Shown: piece after piece, positions 63,501 to 64,000 of the stretch
Layout of the letters: the number at the start of each line of letters is the position of its first letter
Numbering within the stretch: the first letter of the stretch is position 1
Source: Ascidiella aspersa
Lineage: Eukaryota
Direction: 5' to 3'
DNA: 64,000 nucleotides
NCBI GenBank assembly: GCA_963924565.1
Contig: OZ004609.1
Coordinates: 9,548,001-9,612,000 of the forward strand
Translations under genes and position numbers: made by a program
The notes under the pieces: generated by a model
The model's input: only the letters and a program-made list of their open reading frames with translations
Databases searched by the model: none
What the model was told of the DNA's origin: nothing

Positions 63501-64000
63501 TTACCAAACTGGGGTCATGCACTGAGTTTACAGGTCTTGAGAAGGACGCACGAACTTCACACAAAGTCCTACTTTTATACAAATTGTACTTATATTGACT
63601 TTCGATTGGCGTATACCTCTACTAATGCAAAACGCATTTCTTCAACTGAGTTGCACACTTTTACACAAAGTTTAATGGAAACCAATATTGCTTTTATTTA
63701 GACAAGCGTGTGTTAAATTTGCACTTCACTCAGAGACACGACTTTAGGAAATCGTTATTCACTAATTTTTCTACCCAAACCGTTCGCGCGTTTGCGCTTC
63801 GAAAGCCTAAGCTGTGCCGGCCACGTTAAGGACGCAGTTCTATTTTTTTCCTTCGCTCGTTTGTGCTTCTCCTTATACGTGACAAATAGAACTTCTACTT
63901 AGTCAACAAGTTCCGATTTACAGAACGACCAAGAGGATGAAAATGAAACAGAGTTTGGCGACGATGACGAGGCAGAAGCCAGAAGGCTCTGGTTGGAAGA
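19848..64000 (+). CDS. Giant uncharacterised low-complexity, repeat-built protein (>3000 aa, ~54 phase-0 exons, 3' end beyond window)
   Basis: A chain of stop-free AG..GT segments, GC-richer than their flanks, each a multiple of 3 and many mutually paralogous. Summed coding length in the window is about 9.06 kb by hand count. No recognisable folded domain. A single transcript is inferred, not shown. Confidence 0.78.
22991..23482. mobile_element. hAT MITE with TTAGATTAGAATTAG repeats
   Basis: TIR CAGACATGGACAACTAGAT / ATCTAGTTGTCCAAGTCTG; perfect TSD GTGTGTAT. Confidence 0.88.
27093..27485. mobile_element. AAGTCA-rich MITE-like repeat (relatives at ~34230-34578, ~26850-27008, ~12570-13326)
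   Basis: Shared ATGAGCAATAACTCA..TAGCRAGCAAAYTGTTTTAC core and AAGTCAAGTCA subterminal repeats. Confidence 0.55.
28652..28665 (+). promoter_or_regulatory. CRE-like TGACGTCA palindrome ~160 bp upstream of start exon B (variant copies at 19682, 20292, 29267)
   Basis: TTGTGACGTCATAG; the equivalent position in module A reads TTGTGATGTCACAA. Confidence 0.4.
28814..29724 (+). CDS. 5' module B of the giant gene: start exon (28814-28819) plus 78-nt exons 29030-29107 and 29647-29724
   Basis: ATGACG|GTAAGT; exons encode DPFDSDEAVSLLNQPVFLTDGAKSPK and KLFGSVEDCGHLDPPACLMDKAHSSK. Confidence 0.75.
30728..31096. mobile_element. MITE with CCGATAC/GTATCGG repeats (related copy at ~37380-37789)
   Basis: TAGGAATGTCCGATA .. 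TATCGGCCATTCCTG; no clean TSD. Confidence 0.6.
33682..34016. mobile_element. hAT MITE (multi-copy family in this window)
   Basis: TIR CAGGGGTTCTTAAAC / GTTTAAGAACCCCTG; internal sequence aligns with 42787-43097 and 25819-26110. Confidence 0.82.
36360..41573 (+). CDS. One 57-nt exon followed by a tandem array of 14 paralogous ~33-37 codon exons
   Basis: Exons 36360-36416, 37248-37355, 37840-37971, 38039-38149, 38215-38325, 38778-38876, 38954-39049, 39143-39232, 39306-39416, 39491-39595, 39670-39768, 40596-40706, 40775-40873, 40946-41056, 41463-41573. Consensus T[ND]QP....S.....S.L..L.EN.P...Q..DS.LL; most end in TTG/CTG|GT. Confidence 0.82.
40149..40250 (+). pseudogene. Dead copy of the array exon (pseudo-exon)
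   Basis: IKQAMVSSKCPDFIKFALSLSNNQSFQPNDSGPM matches the array consensus but is flanked by TCAA (not TCAG) and CTAAGT (not GTAAGT). Confidence 0.65.
40412..40570. repeat. Fold-back interspersed repeat built of ~20-bp GAATAAGACCTAAAT units (relatives at ~3849-4265, ~8640-8765, ~24225-24345, ~25250-25410)
   Basis: 40414-40465 aligns with 3849-3900; the right half carries the reverse-complement units. Confidence 0.6.
42255..45022 (+). CDS. Giant-gene exons 42255-42413, 42589-42675, 43565-43684, 43762-43863, 44678-45022 (acidic)
   Basis: 159, 87, 120, 102 and 345 nt; all AG..GT and open in phase 0; overlap listed ORFs 42177, 43508 and 44684. Confidence 0.8.
42787..43097. mobile_element. hAT MITE (same family)
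   Basis: CAGTGGTTCTTAAGC .. GTTTAAGAACCCATG; perfect TSD TGTTAGAC. Confidence 0.87.
45491..45717. mobile_element. Second palindromic Penelope-like remnant with two degenerate hammerheads
   Basis: Inverted arms 45493-45607 and 45631-45716 contain CCCTGACGAAG..GCCGAAACGTT (minus) and CCCTGAATAAGGC..GCCGAAACGTT (plus). TATCGTT at 45484 and 45718 is a possible TSD. Confidence 0.62.
46623..49186 (+). CDS. Short Lys-rich exons of the giant gene
   Basis: Exons 46623-46748, 46929-46976, 47084-47149, 47454-47507, 47610-47690, 47965-48021, 48509-48586, 48721-48777, 49085-49186; examples RPWNFGINKKVDPKLSVK and LTKVQATDLKEEKIESPRKSSAAKKAL. Confidence 0.8.
49717..50727 (+). CDS. Large internal exon (337 codons, S/E/K/A-rich, disordered-looking)
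   Basis: TTCAG acceptor and GTAAGT donor; matches ORF 49732..50769. Confidence 0.88.
50932..52903 (+). CDS. Short basic exons 50932-50985, 51170-51226, 51408-51461, 52258-52323, 52850-52903
   Basis: NSLTLPKKKKRKTPFWRK; SKLLNLNEDNKKTEKPKKK; LPWNFGINKKVDKLLAER; IKVLPNPDADDVESPRNTSSAK; IPWKYGKADKAESPRLAK. Confidence 0.8.
51814..52221. mobile_element. hAT (Charlie-like) MITE
   Basis: CAGGGGTCGGCAACC .. GCTTACCGACCACGG; perfect TSD TACTAGTA. Confidence 0.82.
53758..54831 (+). CDS. Large internal exon (358 codons, acidic/Ser-rich with basic patch RKRRSVLKRATKLRRR)
   Basis: TATAG acceptor and GTAAGC donor; matches ORF 53830..54951. Confidence 0.88.
55221..56605 (+). CDS. Short exons 55221-55274, 55949-56014, 56552-56605
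   Basis: TSLKFGRGKVFDPSPSRK; VKPPDLIESENENTENPSRKQT; FPLKHGKVIKVASSLPVM. Confidence 0.75.
55443..55486 (-). ncRNA. Minimal type I hammerhead ribozyme (identical copy, opposite strand)
   Basis: Exact reverse complement of 55731-55774. Confidence 0.82.
55731..55774 (+). ncRNA. Minimal type I hammerhead ribozyme
   Basis: Helix I AGAUAUA/UAUAUCU; core CUGACGA (55738-55744); bulged U; helix II GCC-UUAGUU-GGC; GAAA; palindromic AUAUAU in place of helix III; predicted cleavage after A55767. Confidence 0.82.
57177..59915 (+). CDS. Giant internal exon (913 codons) with ~50-aa repeats and an NDVTAPAS VNTR
   Basis: TTTTCAG acceptor and GTAAGC donor; matches ORF 57132..59936. Confidence 0.9.
58302..59702 (+). 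repeat. Coding 24-bp minisatellite, ~58 units (AACGACGTCACAGCTCCTGCWAGT = NDVTAPAS)
   Basis: Directly visible tandem array, with a 144-bp higher-order unit starting at 58323, 58467 and 58611. Confidence 0.97.
60245..64000 (+). CDS. Downstream small exons, including 21-nt and 24-nt microexons; last exon truncated by the window edge
   Basis: Exons 60245-60304, 60474-60494, 61221-61280, 62049-62072, 62146-62226, 62508-62570, 62940-62984 and 63924-end give DQTDFFDKRKNIDAAFKRLN-MSNLFKQ-TLLNSNITIGARQLLLDRLG-VKKTLKKK-GPPKGNLRIKFCEKITKCLFQHESSIE-DIHINEIVEECDCYLEDKVPA-KYQNSELERCKLLDM-NDQEDENETEFGDDDEAEARRLWLE. Confidence 0.75.
61582..61704 (+). mobile_element. Short retroposed pLTR fragment with a hammerhead motif and 16-bp TSD; same family as the 45.5 kb element
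   Basis: TATATACTCTTACCTG at 61566-61581 and 61705-61720. Contains CTGACGA-A-GGCGACTT-GCAC-AGGTTGCC-GAAA. The 3' part aligns with the reverse complement of 45493-45556. Confidence 0.7.

Noticed and set aside
63246-63701. 151-aa ORF
   Set aside because: No ATG start, intron-like composition, overlaps MITE-like sequence starting near 63190, no recognisable motif.
19848-64000. Naming the giant gene as a mucin, Ki-67, RIF1 or KNL1
   Set aside because: No signal peptide, FHA, HEAT, MELT array or other diagnostic domain is visible; the similarity is only compositional or motif-level.

Overview
AT-rich, intron-containing animal genomic DNA. Small introns, dense hAT-type MITEs and the ARIH1 sequence suggest a marine invertebrate, possibly a tunicate; this is inference only. 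Two genes lie head-to-head. (1) On the minus strand are the first 9 coding exons of an Ariadne-1 RBR E3 ubiquitin ligase (16988 down to 629, continuing off the left edge). (2) On the plus strand is a very large gene with no recognisable domain (ATG at 19848 or 28814, running off the right edge). I reconstructed it by hand as about 54 AG..GT exons encoding >3000 aa, and every complete exon is a multiple of 3 in phase 0. It was built by repeated duplication: a ~8-9 kb tandem duplication of promoter plus first exons, an array of 96-132 nt paralogous exons (including dead and splice-shifted copies), alternating short basic exons, ~50-aa repeats and a 24-bp coding VNTR. The protein carries an SV40-type NLS, S-P-x-K/R motifs and a candidate PP1-docking RVxF. 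The introns hold many hAT MITEs with verifiable 8-bp TSDs, a tRNA-derived element, and several short TSD-flanked Penelope-like retroelement remnants. One remnant is a long palindrome with an intact minimal hammerhead ribozyme on each strand (55443-55486 minus, 55731-55774 plus). All calls are by eye; no searches were run.
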